Assembly: GCF_026571515.1 (NCBI RefSeq)
Contig: NW_026856125.1
Coordinates: 496,001 to 560,000 of the forward strand
Length of the DNA: 64,000 nucleotides
From: Ruditapes philippinarum
Taxonomy: Eukaryota
Direction: 5' to 3'
The notes beneath the pieces are model-generated. The model saw only the letters and a program-made list of their open reading frames with translations, ran no database searches and was not told the origin of the DNA. Shown here one piece after another: positions 50,850-63,409 of the stretch. Every line of letters starts with the position of its first letter. Within the stretch, counting starts at the first letter, position 1. The translations under genes and the position numbers were made by a program.

Positions 50850-51500
50850 CTAAAAGCCATTGTGAAAAACTAGTATATATACATGTATTTATTTGTATTG
50901 AAAAAAAATGTTCCAGAAAAAAATATTTTGTTGCTATTTAAGTAGGGGTTTATTTGTTAAGCAATGATTTCGTGCATTTGGCATTTGCTAATCAGACAAT
51001 TGATACCATACTTATTTTACACACGGATTTTGGAAGTATTCATTTTTGAAATATAAACACTTATTTTCGTAGCAGATATATAGCTTCTACACTTAAAAAC
51101 AGTTGTAATCAAATGTTTCTGTTATGTACCACAGATAAATTTTTGATATTGATAATGCTCCGGAAAAAATACCGGTATTATGCTACTATTTTAAGTAGGG
51201 CAGTTAAGCGATGCTTACGTGAATGTCCATTCACTTTAAATAAAATATACAATCATATTTCTTTCTAAGATATATTTTGGAATTATTCTTTTATGTATTC
51301 AACCAACAATTTGTAGACAAGAGAAAGTAGATTTAGCTTTATACACATTTTAATGTTTAAAAATTGCACTTTTATCAAATAAAGCATACACATAAATTTT
51401 AATAGCCTTCTAATATACTTATACTGAGAATGTGCAATTCAAATATCTACATGCTGACCTAACAAGACGAATATCTTAATAAAAACCTGATTCATATATT

Positions 51501-51625
51501 TGAGCCGAGTTACGACAAAACCAACATAGTTCGTTTGCATCCGCGCAGTCTGATCAGGATCCATGCTGTTCGTTATTAGTTTCTCTACTTGTCATAGGGC
51601 TGGTAAGCGACTGGTCGCAAACCCA
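51501..51625. mobile_element. Short MITE remnant
   Basis: GAGCCG..AAAACCAACATAGT..GCATCCGCGCAGTCTGATCAGGATCCATGCTGTTCG; resembles an abundant clam repeat (from recall, unverified). Confidence 0.45.
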
Positions 51626-52164
51626 TTTGATGAATTAAAATTGAAGTTGCATTTTGCATAGATGTAATCAAACATTAATGACCGAGTAACATACTTCGAG
51701 CTTAGCATATTTGATAACAAAACAGATAACCTACGAGCCATTCATAATATATTTCTTGTCTAAATACGAAACAGATATAAATACACATGCAGTTTTATTA
51801 CACACCCCTGCTCCGTATAAATGTATTTTGACCTGATGTCATTTGCGTTATATACAAATATAGCGTTAAAGCGCATTGAATGTTAGCGTTACAACATTTA
51901 TGCATCAATGTAAAACGATTTTTTCTACTGTTAACTGTTCTTATTTTGCGTATGTAATATGTATGTAATATGAAGAATATTATATTTGCGTAGCTTCAAT
52001 ACTAAATTTATTGAGCACGTGTAGGATCGCATGATATATTTTTGTTCAACTCGTTCAATGAAGTCCTTATTGAACCTACAGTTATTCAGTATACAATGTC
52101 TCGTATGCATGTTTATTTTGAACAAACATAGAGTTTTTAAATTTGAAAATTCGAAAAGGTATAC

Positions 52165-52209
52165 CTGTGCATGAAATGTTATTCCAAAAACCAGCGCAAA
52201 TGTCCGACT
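52165..52209 (-). CDS. EGF/TSP1 protein: 45-nt micro-exon
   Basis: tttacag|..|gtatac; phase 1-1; ESDICAGFWNNISCT (brings the N-terminal module to 6 Cys). Confidence 0.6.
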
Positions 52210-52554
52210 CTGTAAAAGGTAATTGGCATAAAAATAAACATATTAAATATATATTTCGAAAACAAAGCTTTTTTGTAGAAAAAAAGTAAAAAGTAACTTT
52301 TAAATTTTTACTAAAGCTTATTGATGACTTAATTAGGTACCAAATATATACTAATAAAATATAATTCTAATACTTTTAAACTCAAACATCGATTATCAAA
52401 CCATTCATTCATATTACTTACGATACTATTTTATAGTTTTTCTTTCCTAAACATCCAAGTAAAACAGTTTCAATTGAATGTAAAAGGACGTTTTAGGTGC
52501 TATATTAAAAAGCAAATTCGTTGAATTTATATCCCTCGCCCAGTACTAGTTTAT

Positions 52555-54247
52555 ATTATTACCCCTCACTTTTTTCGTAATTCTAATTTCCCATAGGCCT
52601 CTGGAAGATATTTTTACTGTTAATGCAAGTGTACCACGTGACTAAGAAATTTGTACTGTTACATAGGTGACAGTATATAAATAACACATGGGTTTGTGGG
52701 TAACAGTAAAAATATCCTCCCGAGGAAAATACTGTTACTCGAGGCGTAGCCGAGGGTAACAGTATTTTTACGACGGGTGATATTTCTACCGTTTCTCACA
52801 AACTCATGTGTTATTTATTTTATTACCCCGAACAAAAATACTGTGATGATCTGAAATTGTCAACTGAATCTAACTGTAACAAAAATAAACCAAGAGTAAC
52901 AATAACTAAACTGTCCTTAAGTTACCTTTTAAGTTTTAAGTGTACTTTAGGGCTACTCGTGAAGTTTTGTTTTTCTTTTATTCTTTAAGCAAGTGATGAT
53001 ATCTACAAATCATAAACATACAATAAGCTAGGTTTTTATTTAGAAAACAAAACACTAACCCATTTACACGGTTATGATCTGTGAAATCTGATCCTTCTGT
53101 TTTCAGAATATTCTTAGCATATAACGATGATATCCTATGTCTGTCCACCATATCTGTAACGTTTCACTGATTAAAATTGTTAAATAATCCTTTGTTGCAT
53201 GCTTAAATCGTCTGCATGTTTCAATTTGACACATAATTATTTACATTGCAATTACTTCCGTTGAAAACGGATGTTCACTTAAATTTGACTATTCAGCAAA
53301 AAGTTAAAAACTGTTAAAAAATACTGTTACCTTAGTGACAGTACAAAATTCTTAGTCACGTGGTTGTAAAAATAACTCCCAGAGGCCTATGGGAAATTAG
53401 CATTACGAAAAAAAATGAGGGGTAATAATATATTTTTAACAGTATAAAAACTGATCACATGGTCTATTTTCTAAATAAAATGAAATAAAATGGCCGCCAT
53501 TATTTTCTCGATTCATTCTTATTTTCGACGTTAAACCCCGATAGGACATCATTTTCTTCTCAGGAGTAACTATGACACTCATAAAATTTAGTTGTTCGCA
53601 CCCTGGTGTGCTTTTCGCGTAAAAATATCTTTTTGTTAAATAATAAAAAAGTAAACATCCTTTTTCAACGAAAGTAATTGCAATGTAAATAATTATGCGT
53701 CAAACTAAAACATGCAGACGATTTAAGCATGCAACCAAGGATTATTTAACAATTTTAATCAAATATGGTGGACAGACATAGGATATCATCGTTATTTTGT
53801 CAAAAACCATGCTAAGAATATTCTGGAAACAGAAGGATCAGATTTAACAGATCATAACCGTGTAAATGGGTTAGTGTTTTGTTTTCTAAATAAAACCTAG
53901 CTTATTGTATGTTTATGATTTGAAGATATCACCACTTGCTTAAAGAATGAAAGAAAAACAAAACTTCTCAAGTAGGCCTAAAGTAAACTTAAAACTTAAA
54001 AGGTAAGGACAGTTTAGTTATTGTTACTCTTGGTTTTTTGTTACATTTAGATTAAGTTGACAATTTCAGATCATCACAGTATTTTAGTTCGGGGTCATAA
54101 AACAAATAACACATGGGTTTGTGAGTTACAGTAAAAATATCATCCCTCGTAAAAATACTGTTACCCTCGGCTACGCCTCGTGTAACAGTATTTTCCTCGG
54201 GAGGATATTTTTACTTTTACCCACAAACCCATGTGTTACTTATATAC
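52555..54247. mobile_element. Two nested, oppositely oriented copies of one palindrome-headed (Crypton-like) element
   Basis: 52672-53280 is the reverse complement of ~53650-54247; 52555-52670 is the reverse complement of ~53320-53432; hairpin CTCGAGGCGTAGCCGAG. Confidence 0.7.
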
Positions 54248-54329
54248 TAACACAACAAATGAAGACATAATTTATTTATATATTTATCATGGCATTAACA
54301 GTAATACTTTTTCTATATGATAAATATTC

Positions 54330-55816
54330 AGGGCAATTACAGAGCCATAACTCTGTGTAAAATAGTAATATCTGAACATGCCAATGAGATGTAAATTGCC
54401 TTTTTGTATCCATGGTTGTCATCAAGTTTGGTTGAAATCAATAAAGCAGTTGCAAAGAAATAGCAACATTGCTCTATATGCATACTACATAACTAATTAA
54501 GGGCCAGAACTCTGCAATGAAGGATCTGGTCTGAACAAGGCAACAATATGCACATTTCCTCTAAGTATTAATGGTTCCAATAAAGTTTAATTGAATTCCA
54601 GCCAGTAGTTGCAGAGAAGTAGCGTGTAATCAATTATTGCTCTATATGCATACTGGACCGCCTCGATGACTTTCTACTCCAGTTACCTCTCTGGCTTGCG
54701 TGCGATCCCGGGAGATGCTTTGGTAGATAAGCGCGGAGGAAGAAAGTCTAGTGCTGGTGTAACTTTCCAGGAACGATGCTTAGGACTGAAATACTGTTGG
54801 GAAAAGGCGTACAATGATACAAAGAAACAAAACAAAACAAAATATGCATACTGCATAACTAAACAAGGGCCATAAGTATGACTTTAAGTGACTGACCTGA
54901 ACAAGCCGATGATATGTGCATCTCCGCTTGATATTGAACGTTCCCATAAAGTTTGCTGTATATGCATACAGCATAACTTACCAAGGACCATAACTCTGAG
55001 TTAATGTGTCTGACCGAAACAAACCAACAATATGAGCATCACCTCTTGATTCTGTCGATTCCCATGAAGTTCCGATGAATTCCAGCCAGTAGTTGCAGAG
55101 AAGTAGCGCGGAAACGATGTTTGCTCTATATACATACTGCATAACTAATCAATGGTCAAAACTATGAGTGAAAGGGTCTAACCGAAACAAGCCGAAGATA
55201 TGTGCATCTCCTCTAGATATTTAAGATCCCAATAAAGTTTTGTTGAATTCAAGCCAGAAGTTGCCGAGAAGTAGCGCGGAAACGATTATTGTTAAATATG
55301 CATACTGCATAACTATTCAAGGGCCATAACTCTGAGTTAAAGTGTCCGACCCAAACAAGGCGATGATATGCGCATCTCCTCTTGGTATTAAAGGTTCCCA
55401 TAAAGTTTTGTTGAATTCCAGCAATTTGTTGCAGAGATGTAGCGCTGAAACGATTTTGCTCTATATGCATACTGCATAACTAATCAAGTGCCATAACTCT
55501 GAGTTAAAGTGTCTGAACGGAACAAGGCGACGGTATGCGCATCTCCTCTTGGTATAAAGTTTCGTTGAATTCAAGCCAGTAAGTGCAGTTGCAGAGAAGT
55601 AGCGCGAAAACCATTTTTGCTCTATATGCATGTTGCATAACTAATCAAGTACAATAACACCGGGTTAAAGAGTCTGACTTGAACTTAGTTCCGTTGAATT
55701 GCAAGCAGTAGTTGCAGAGAACTGGTGCGGAAACGAAATTCGGACGGACGGATGGGCAGACGGACGGACAACGCAAAAACAATATCCACCTCCCGAGTCC
55801 ATCGGCAGGGGATAAC
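54330..55816 (-). mobile_element. HINE-like element with ~168-bp tandem array
   Basis: (GGAC)n and sub-TIR pair at 55741-55815; ~7-8 units containing gttgcagagaagtagcgcggaaacga. Confidence 0.85.
54656..54841 (+). mobile_element. tRNA-derived SINE nested in a tandem-repeat element
   Basis: 12-bp TSD ATATGCATACTG, (AAAAC)n tail, homologous to 10513-10721. Confidence 0.8.
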
Positions 55817-56073
55817 AACATCACGTCGTAACCTTAAGAAAATTTCATTTATTGCATATATGAGAATGTAGCACCAAGGGAATCAATAAATGATTTGGTT
55901 GTTCAGGTATATTTTCAATTGTTACTAGGTTTCCAGAATAATAAGTCTCTAAACCATGTTTCCTTAAAGACAACAGTACTAGTTAGCCAGTGTGACAGGC
56001 TCATTATAATCACATCCTATACATAATTCTATTACAATAAAGCAAAAGTAATGCAAAACGTCTATCTGTTCAT

Positions 56074-56394
56074 TATGGTGGCTGATTTGTAACGCTTTTG
56101 TGCGTCATGCTTTCGCTAGCGGCAAGACGCGTTGTCGACTTTCGTCTTGTGGTCCTGTCATTGACGATGCACGCCAAACCGCGCGTTGTCGTGCAAAGTG
56201 TAATGTCACATTGTCACTCGGCTCAAATCAAAGGATTTGCTTTTTAGACAAGCGACATTCTGACAATGCGACAACGCGCCGTATTTCGCGTTTCGCTAGC
56301 AAGAACACGTCAAGACGAAAAGGCGATATCGATATAGGTTATGTTGTCGCTATCGACAACGCAATACGCAAAGTGTACCAAGTCAGCTACCATA
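56074..56394. mobile_element. Non-autonomous TIR element with 6-bp TSD (IS3EU-like)
   Basis: TIRs TATGGTGGCTGATTTG / CAAGTCAGCTACCATA; perfect TSD GTTCAT; GC-rich body with TGTCG/CGACA repeats. Confidence 0.75.
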
Positions 56395-56476
56395 GTTCAT
56401 TCTAAACAAAATCGCATATTTCATCTACCTTGGAAAACAAAACATTAATATTACTTGGTAGAAATTTCAACCTTAC

Positions 56477-56617
56477 CTTTTAAATCAAAATCTTGTGCAT
56501 GACATTGAAGATCACATTTACATTTTGTACACTCTGTTCGCTTTAAAAAGTCTGGCATTTTATCTAAGTCAGCCGTATTTAAATGTAGACCATCTAAGAG
56601 AAAACGTCTCGATTTTC
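56477..56617 (-). CDS. EGF/TSP1 protein: pro-region + Cys-rich exon
   Basis: gtag|..|gtaagg; 141 nt, phase 1-1; GKSRRFLLDGLHLNTADLDKMPDFLKRTECTKCKCDLQCHAQDFDLK. Confidence 0.7.
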
Positions 56618-56915
56618 CTACAACAGCACAAGAGAAAAAACATGTGTAAGTATTTGTCATGTTAAAATAAAACATAAAATTGAATCGAAACTATCCCCCA
56701 TTCTTTTTATGACTTTAAGCGGTCAGTTTATGTTTATACTGCATGATAAAGTTTTGTCGGATGTATGTCCGATTGTCATGACACGTTCATGTATATATTT
56801 CAGGAATAGATAGCTTGTAGCATTTTTCATTGCCTGTTGTGTAAGTTTATCTTACATTGAAATTGCTATTCGAACGAATAATACTGCGACAGAATATCAC
56901 AAACTTAAATTAATA

Positions 56916-58342
56916 CGAGGGGTGATCCAAAAATTCGTGGACAATGTGTGCATCTCCATAACGTGACGTCCTACCGGGGTGAACTCTTTGGATATTATTA
57001 ATCAATGCTTTTTAATAAATTGACCAAATTTTAAAACACCATTTGTAATTTATCTATATATGACAACATCAAAACATTAAGTATCAAAATCGCGGCGCAG
57101 CTACATTTTCTCTGTGATGTAAACGCTTTCATCTCATCTCATAAACACATGTTAAACCTGTGCAAACAAAGAAAATTGCGGTAAAACGTTATAATAACGT
57201 TGTTTTGATGTTTATGACATCATTCTGTCAGTATCAGAAGACATTTTGAAGTTGTGGTTATTTTACGCTCGTGCTTTAAAGAACAGGTGCTAAAAGCAGC
57301 TTTATCAAAAATGGACGTCACAGATCCAGCAAAACTTCGGACAGTTATACAGTTCTGTGTAAATCTTGTAAAGACGCTTGGCGAGACAAAAACAATGATC
57401 GAAAGTGTGACAAATAAACCGTCAGTGTGTCGTTCTCTAGTGTATAAGTGGCATCGCCGATTTTCGGATAGAAGGGAAAGTGTTGGGGATGATTTGCAGA
57501 CTGGTCGACCTGTCGAGGTAAGAGACAAAGAAACTGTTGAAAGTGTGCTTGCGAAGATTAATGAAGACAGACGGATAAGTTTAAGGCAGATCAGTGATTC
57601 TTTAATCGTATCGAACTGTTCAGAGAATTGTTACTGAAGAGCTAGAAATGCGTCGTTTGAGTGCTCGATGGGTCCCTCGACTGCTGTCAGCGGATGAAAA
57701 ACAACAACGAGTTCAGGCGTCAAAAAATTTCTTGCAACAATTTCAGAAAGAGGGACAACAGTTTTTAAATCGCATTGTCACTGTTGACGAAACATGGCTA
57801 TTTTTCTTTGATCCTGAATCCAAACAACAATCTATGCAATAAAAACACAAATCCAGCTTGGAACAGAAGTACTCAGTCATCCACCATTTTCGTCTGATCT
57901 TTCCACGCATGACTTCGCCTTGTTTCCCTAGTGTTGAGAGGGAGACGTTTTGACAATCTGGGCGAGTTGAGAGGAGCCACCCAATGCATACTGCCACCAT
58001 TCAGCCAGGAATGGTATGCGAGTACATTTAGAGACTGGGTCCGCCGCCATAAAAAATGTGTGCGGGTTAAAGGGGAATACTTTGAAAAGTTATAAGGCAA
58101 AACGGTAACGTAGATTACTACCTATGAAAGCAAAACGTCGTTTGTGACGTCTTGATCTGCTCCGCGTTTTGTCATGTCTATGTAAAAAACTGGTGCAGAA
58201 TCGTTTATTCTTGTACAATCTTTACAATATTTGAGAATTTGCCGACATATGCTCACTTAATAAGATACTAGAATTGCATGTGATTTGCTTCATTACTTTT
58301 TGTTTTATGCAGGGTGTCCACGAATTTTTGAATCACCTCTCG
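56916..58342 (+). mobile_element. Mariner element with pseudogenised, internally deleted transposase
   Basis: 28-bp TIRs CGAGGGGTGATCCAAAAATTCGTGGACA (2 mismatches); WVPRLLS, IVTVDETW, HPPFSSDL; frameshift ~57610, stop ~57840. Confidence 0.92.
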
Positions 58343-58473
58343 TTATGTTCAACACACGGTAGTCCAGATAGTTTACCATATAATTAACTGGAGTCAAGAA
58401 TGAGTTAATATTCTGTACATTAATTCTAAAGATTTTCAATACCAGCATATTTGACACCTATGTTAATAAAAGA

Positions 58474-59112
58474 TTAATATACGGCAGAGTAGTACCGGAA
58501 GGTGATAATCGGCCTGCATCAGCCCGAGGGCATTATTGATTTCAGGGCCGATTATTCCTGTCCGGCCGTCTTTGACGTGCATTATTAATTAACTTTGCAA
58601 TACAAGGCACGGTTTCACTACAAATGTAAGGTAAATATGACGATCAACCCGTCATTATGAACATAAAACAAGGCCATTAGCAAAAAGAACGGCCTCAAGC
58701 TAATATGACAGTCGTCAGCCCAATAACAAGGTCATTAAAAAACACTTAATTTTTAACTTTATATTAATGTTTGAAATACATTTGACAGATCTAATAGAAC
58801 TATTTTTTAAAATCACTTCTATATTTCTATAGCTGAAATTCCTACCTCTGTATGAAATTGTCGTATTTGTTTTCTTTAAAATTTCATTAAGACTGTATAC
58901 AAATTACGCTAAAGTTTTTATAAAATCAAGCGATTCGTGCTTAAACACACTTTTATAATGACGTTAAATGTGACGTCATTGTTTAAGTTTGTGCACGTAC
59001 TTATGTTCAGCAGGCCGATTATGATTATTAGTTTTCGGCCTTGATCAGCATTTCATAATCAACTCATAATCGGTCATGTGACACTCATAAATCAGATGGA
59101 ATCGTAGTAAAT
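58474..59112. mobile_element. Palindrome-headed element (Crypton-like, tentative)
   Basis: Imperfect hairpin 58474-58590 around GCCCGAGGGC; right end approximate. Confidence 0.35.
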
Positions 59113-59225
59113 GTTTTTGCTATATATAGTTACAGGTGTATTTATTAACATTTTGTCAGCTTACGGCAACAAATTCTTCCAATGTGACAAAGATCGGCTG
59201 TCATATCCGTACAAAATGCACTTAC

Positions 59226-59295
59226 CGTCTGTGTGCTGTGATGCTGTTAAGGAAATAATAGAAGAAATAGCAAAGGTTAATGCAAAAGGTCCCAT
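59226..59295 (-). CDS. EGF/TSP1 secreted protein: signal-peptide exon
   Basis: ttttcag|GAAAATGG; MGPFALTFAISSIISLTASQHTD; G|gtaagt donor, phase 1. Confidence 0.7.
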
Positions 59296-59856
59296 TTTCC
59301 TGAAAAAGACAAAATAAAGTACACAATAATAAAGAATCACTCACTGATTAACGAAGTAAAAAACATATGTTCTTATTAACTTAAACGGACACATAACCAG
59401 AAATACAAACATGTAGCTTATATCTATGACTAATTCAATTTTCTTACAAACCATTGAAGCAAAAAAGTTCATATGATTACAAAAATGTGTCATGTGTTTT
59501 CTAAATGTATTTTATTCTTTCTCAAGCGGGGACATGCAAACGTAGAACAATTTGTGAACAACTTTTCCTTATGAAAACATACATTATTTTAGTTTAGATA
59601 CGCGTATCACGGAAACATATGTAAACATAAGTAACTCAAATGTATTCACACGTATTTTGAGCTTGGAAACACAATAAATGGGCACACTGGCTACCTACAC
59701 TTTATAATCTAAAGGAATATTTGATTATTTGCCAAAAACTTAAGATTGACATGCGAATATGACAATATACCTTCCATACAGTTAGATCATTTAATGTTTT
59801 CTTAATTTTATAGCATCAATAATTTTGAAAAAAATTAGACAATAAAACAAAATTAC

Positions 59857-59900
59857 CTTTGCGTTCCATGTAAATCAAGTTTCCTGAGAATTATCAAGCT
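59857..59900 (-). other. Probable 5' (non-coding/uORF) exon of the EGF-TSP1 gene; 5' limit approximate
   Basis: Strong donor AAAG|gtaatt at 59857; weak TATA-like TTTATAAT ~59925; contains an ATG out of frame with the main CDS. Confidence 0.4.
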
Positions 59901-61912
59901 CTAAAGTTTATCTGTCTGCTATTATAAATTAGCTAATATGTAGATATGCATTTAGATTAAGATATTGACTGGCATCAAAGTGGTGAACTAACAGAATAAA
60001 AATTGTTCTCTTATATATTCCTCTTATCACCGATAGATAAACATTCACTTCTTAATATGGATCTGTGAAATGTAGATAAGATAACGGATAAATTCGGACT
60101 TAGCGACAGTCGAAAACAGAAACGTTTTGCCAGTCCGCCACTATATGATTTAATTTGAATCTAAAAACAGTTTAACCAACGCAAAAGCCTGGTCTCACAA
60201 GCATTTTCGATTCGGTTAGCAAAATACGAAAATTAGATTGAAACATATACAAGAAAAGAAAACTCACAAATATTTTTAACATGTAAAGTATTATCAAATC
60301 GAAGAGGATCTTAGAATCATTGATATTTTTCTGTACACGGTGAATTCAATTTCCCTAACTGTGCAGAGGCAGAAATTTTCGCCTTAGGTGCAGGTAGTTT
60401 TTGGTTCTAGTCTCAGGCAGAGCCCATGTCTCAATATAATGAAGTAATATATTATTATATAAGTTCGTTATGCAAAATTAACTGCTTTAATTTGCGTTTA
60501 ACAAGTAAGATTACGCTTACATAAGAGTTAACCAATTATTTCTTAACAAAAATAAACATGCGGCTACAATGTCAGTTGTTTGTTTAGATTAAAACTATCA
60601 AGGCATTTTCTATATTGTCTAAAAGTATCTTATATCTTATAAGTATATAAAAGTTGATGTTTGAACTTGCAATTTCTCGAAAGGAAAACAAAAACATGAA
60701 AAATGAAATTACATGAGTTTAATGTGATTATATAATAAATGTGTTTTGCTTTTTTCACGTAACGGAACTGGACAAAAATGACATAAAAAAATCGTTTAAA
60801 CTTTTTTTAAACAAATGAAATTGTACTAAATATCAAGTTTCAATTTAATTCCGGATATATTTCTTTAAAATAATTTCATATTTGTCCCGAAAAGTAGTGT
60901 GACTTATACGTAATAGTGTAAAGGAATGACTTGTACTTGAACATCTTTTATGTACTGTTATATATATATATTAAACTTATATACTGTTATATTTATTAAA
61001 CATCATAAGAGTTGTGTTTACTCTACAAGGTCGTGAAAATACGTGACAATTGTTAACAAATAATTTACCTTTAGTTCTGTCAGACTTATGCATAAGAAAA
61101 GAGATTGGCATTCAATGGCATGTTTAAATATCTGGTAAAACGTCATTTATTGACTGGCAACAACTTTGGAATACCAGCGAGAAGTTTTGCATTTTTCCTT
61201 TAAATTTATCACTATCAGCGGAAGCTTGAATGAGCAAATGAATCATAAAATTAACCTAAAGGTGTTATTTAACACCAAAACTAATGTTATTTATCAAACT
61301 GGACTTTATATGGATTACTCTGAATACGTAACCGGCTACAGAAAATATCTTTTGAAGCAGAGATTATTTGAAAAATAGCGCCGTAAAAACATGTACGACG
61401 TACGCCATTGAAGGTCAAACAAGTTCAACTTGATTTTGCAACGTAATTACGAAGAAACAAGAGCGAGAATTTGATGAAACAGTATAAATACCTTATTCCA
61501 TAACTTTTGAGTCAAGTTCACGATGAAACAAAATTGCTTTATGAATATTTGAACACATTACTTGGTTGACCTGCCGAACTTTCGCATTTACAAGGCAGAA
61601 CTTCTTAGCGCTTTGATACGGGGAATACGAAAGCTAAATATTTTATTTACTCAAAATTGGTCTTTTTATTAAATAATACCTCCGATAAGTATTGCATTTT
61701 TTATTCATTGAGGTTTATGTTTACAAGGAATATGAAATTTTCGCACGGACTTTTTGTTTATGCCTATCCATTGCGGAAGTCGGATGTAATGACGCAATCT
61801 GATTGGCTGGAAAAGTTTATAAATATAGCTGGCTACGTCATGTCGGGCAGTCGTGCTTTCGGAAGTACTAGGTTAACTTAACTAAATGAAACGGGTCTTG
61901 AGCAGTGAAACA

Positions 61913-62305
61913 CTATGATGTATGATGTATGTCTATATTGTTTCATACTGTTTTTGTGACACTTTTGCTTGTGTCCCTTTTTGTTTTCTCGTCTACGAAA
62001 AGTATCTTCCCCCATGCCCCTAGTTTTTCTTTCTTTTAATTTATCCCCCTTCACCCGGTCTCCTGTTCCCTTCCCCTGTGCCCTTTGACTTTCTGGGCCT
62101 ATGAATCAATCATTTATTTATTTTCTTTGAATTCCTTATCAGTTACAAATAGTTTACCGTTTTAGTGATTGGTATGTCCGTGCTCTGTCTTGTGCCCTTG
62201 TCCTGTTTTTGTTTGGGGTTCGCCTGGGCTCATTGCCGCTAGTTCTTGTTGCTGGGTCGTATGGGGGTTGGGTTTATTGAACTCTGCCTTGCTCATCTTG
62301 TTTAT
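61913..62305. repeat. Dispersed repeat; further fragments at 16366-16547 (same strand) and 48744-48845 (opposite strand)
   Basis: Shared gacacttttgcttgtgtccct..ccccggtctcctgt..ccctgtg and cttgtgccct..gttgctgggtcgt segments. Confidence 0.65.
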
Positions 62306-62324
62306 CATATTTTCTGAACATTAA

Positions 62325-62892
62325 CCCTTTACCTCATATATACGCGAAAAACCACACTTTCGACCTCTTTTAGGACTCAAATAGTGAAAAACTGTCTTAT
62401 TTGGGCCCAAACACTTTTCTTTTGAGAAACGTTGCTTAAAAAAGTGAGCACTTTTTCGTCGCCCACCGCAAATATAAACCAGGGGGTTGCCAGATGGGTA
62501 ATGTGCCCCCTTCTGTTTGGGAGAAATTTTGGATTTGTGATAGGCTAAAAATGACTCCAGGTCGATTATAAGGTAACGTGTAACCAACGCTGAAAGGCCT
62601 TTGACTCTATCTCAATGCCTTGAAAAGTTGCAGCACTTTGAAATAAATGTTGATGGAAAATAATTGGGGCAAATTAGTGATTTTAGGCAATTTTGAGACC
62701 TCCCTTCGTTACCATGGTAACAGGAAATTTAAGAATGAGCATGTCGTTACAAAGGCAATTGTCCAGTTAACATTTGTGCCAAGTTTGATTAGTATTGAAG
62801 CATTTTCATAGTTTCATAGCTGTTTGAACTTGTAACAAAAGGCTTTTCAATGACGACGGCCATTTTTCACAATATGCTCATGAGCGAAAGGG
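62325..62892. mobile_element. piggyBac-like MITE, copy 1
   Basis: TTAA-CCCTTTACCTCAT .. ATGAGCGAAAGGG-TTGA. Confidence 0.7.
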
Positions 62893-63024
62893 TTGACTAA
62901 AAAAACAAATAGAAATGTTACAAAACAACAATTTTTCATCAAAATTAGGTGAAAGAACACAAGGAATGTTTACATGGAAAAACTAAATTTCGGGTAATTC
63001 TAAAGTTTTCATCATTTTTGTTAA

Positions 63025-63409
63025 CCCTTTAATTCATATATACGCGAAACAACGCACTTTCGACCCTCCCCCTTCTTAAATCCTCAAATAGTGAAGAAAT
63101 GTCCTATTTAGGCCCCAAACACATGTTTTCGTTTAAAAAATGTTGCTAAAAAAAGTGAGCACTTTTTCGGCGCAGCCATCCATCCAAGATACATCAGGGG
63201 GTTGCCAGAAGGGGAATGTGCCCCCTTCCGTTTAGGAAATTTAAGAATGAGCATATGTCGTAACAAAGGCAATGGTCCAGTCAACATTTGTACCAAGTTT
63301 GATTAGTATTGAAGCATTTTCATAGTTTCATTGCAGTTTGAACTTGTAGCAAGAGGCTTTTCAATGAAAACGGCCATTTTTCACAATATGCTCATGAGGG
63401 AAAATGTTG
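63025..63409. mobile_element. piggyBac-like MITE, copy 2 (internally deleted)
   Basis: TTAA-CCCTTT start; collinear with 62325-62892 minus ~200 bp. Confidence 0.65.

Noticed and set aside
56100-56405. 101-aa Arg-rich ORF
   Set aside because: Confined to a GC-rich MITE; open frame expected by composition.
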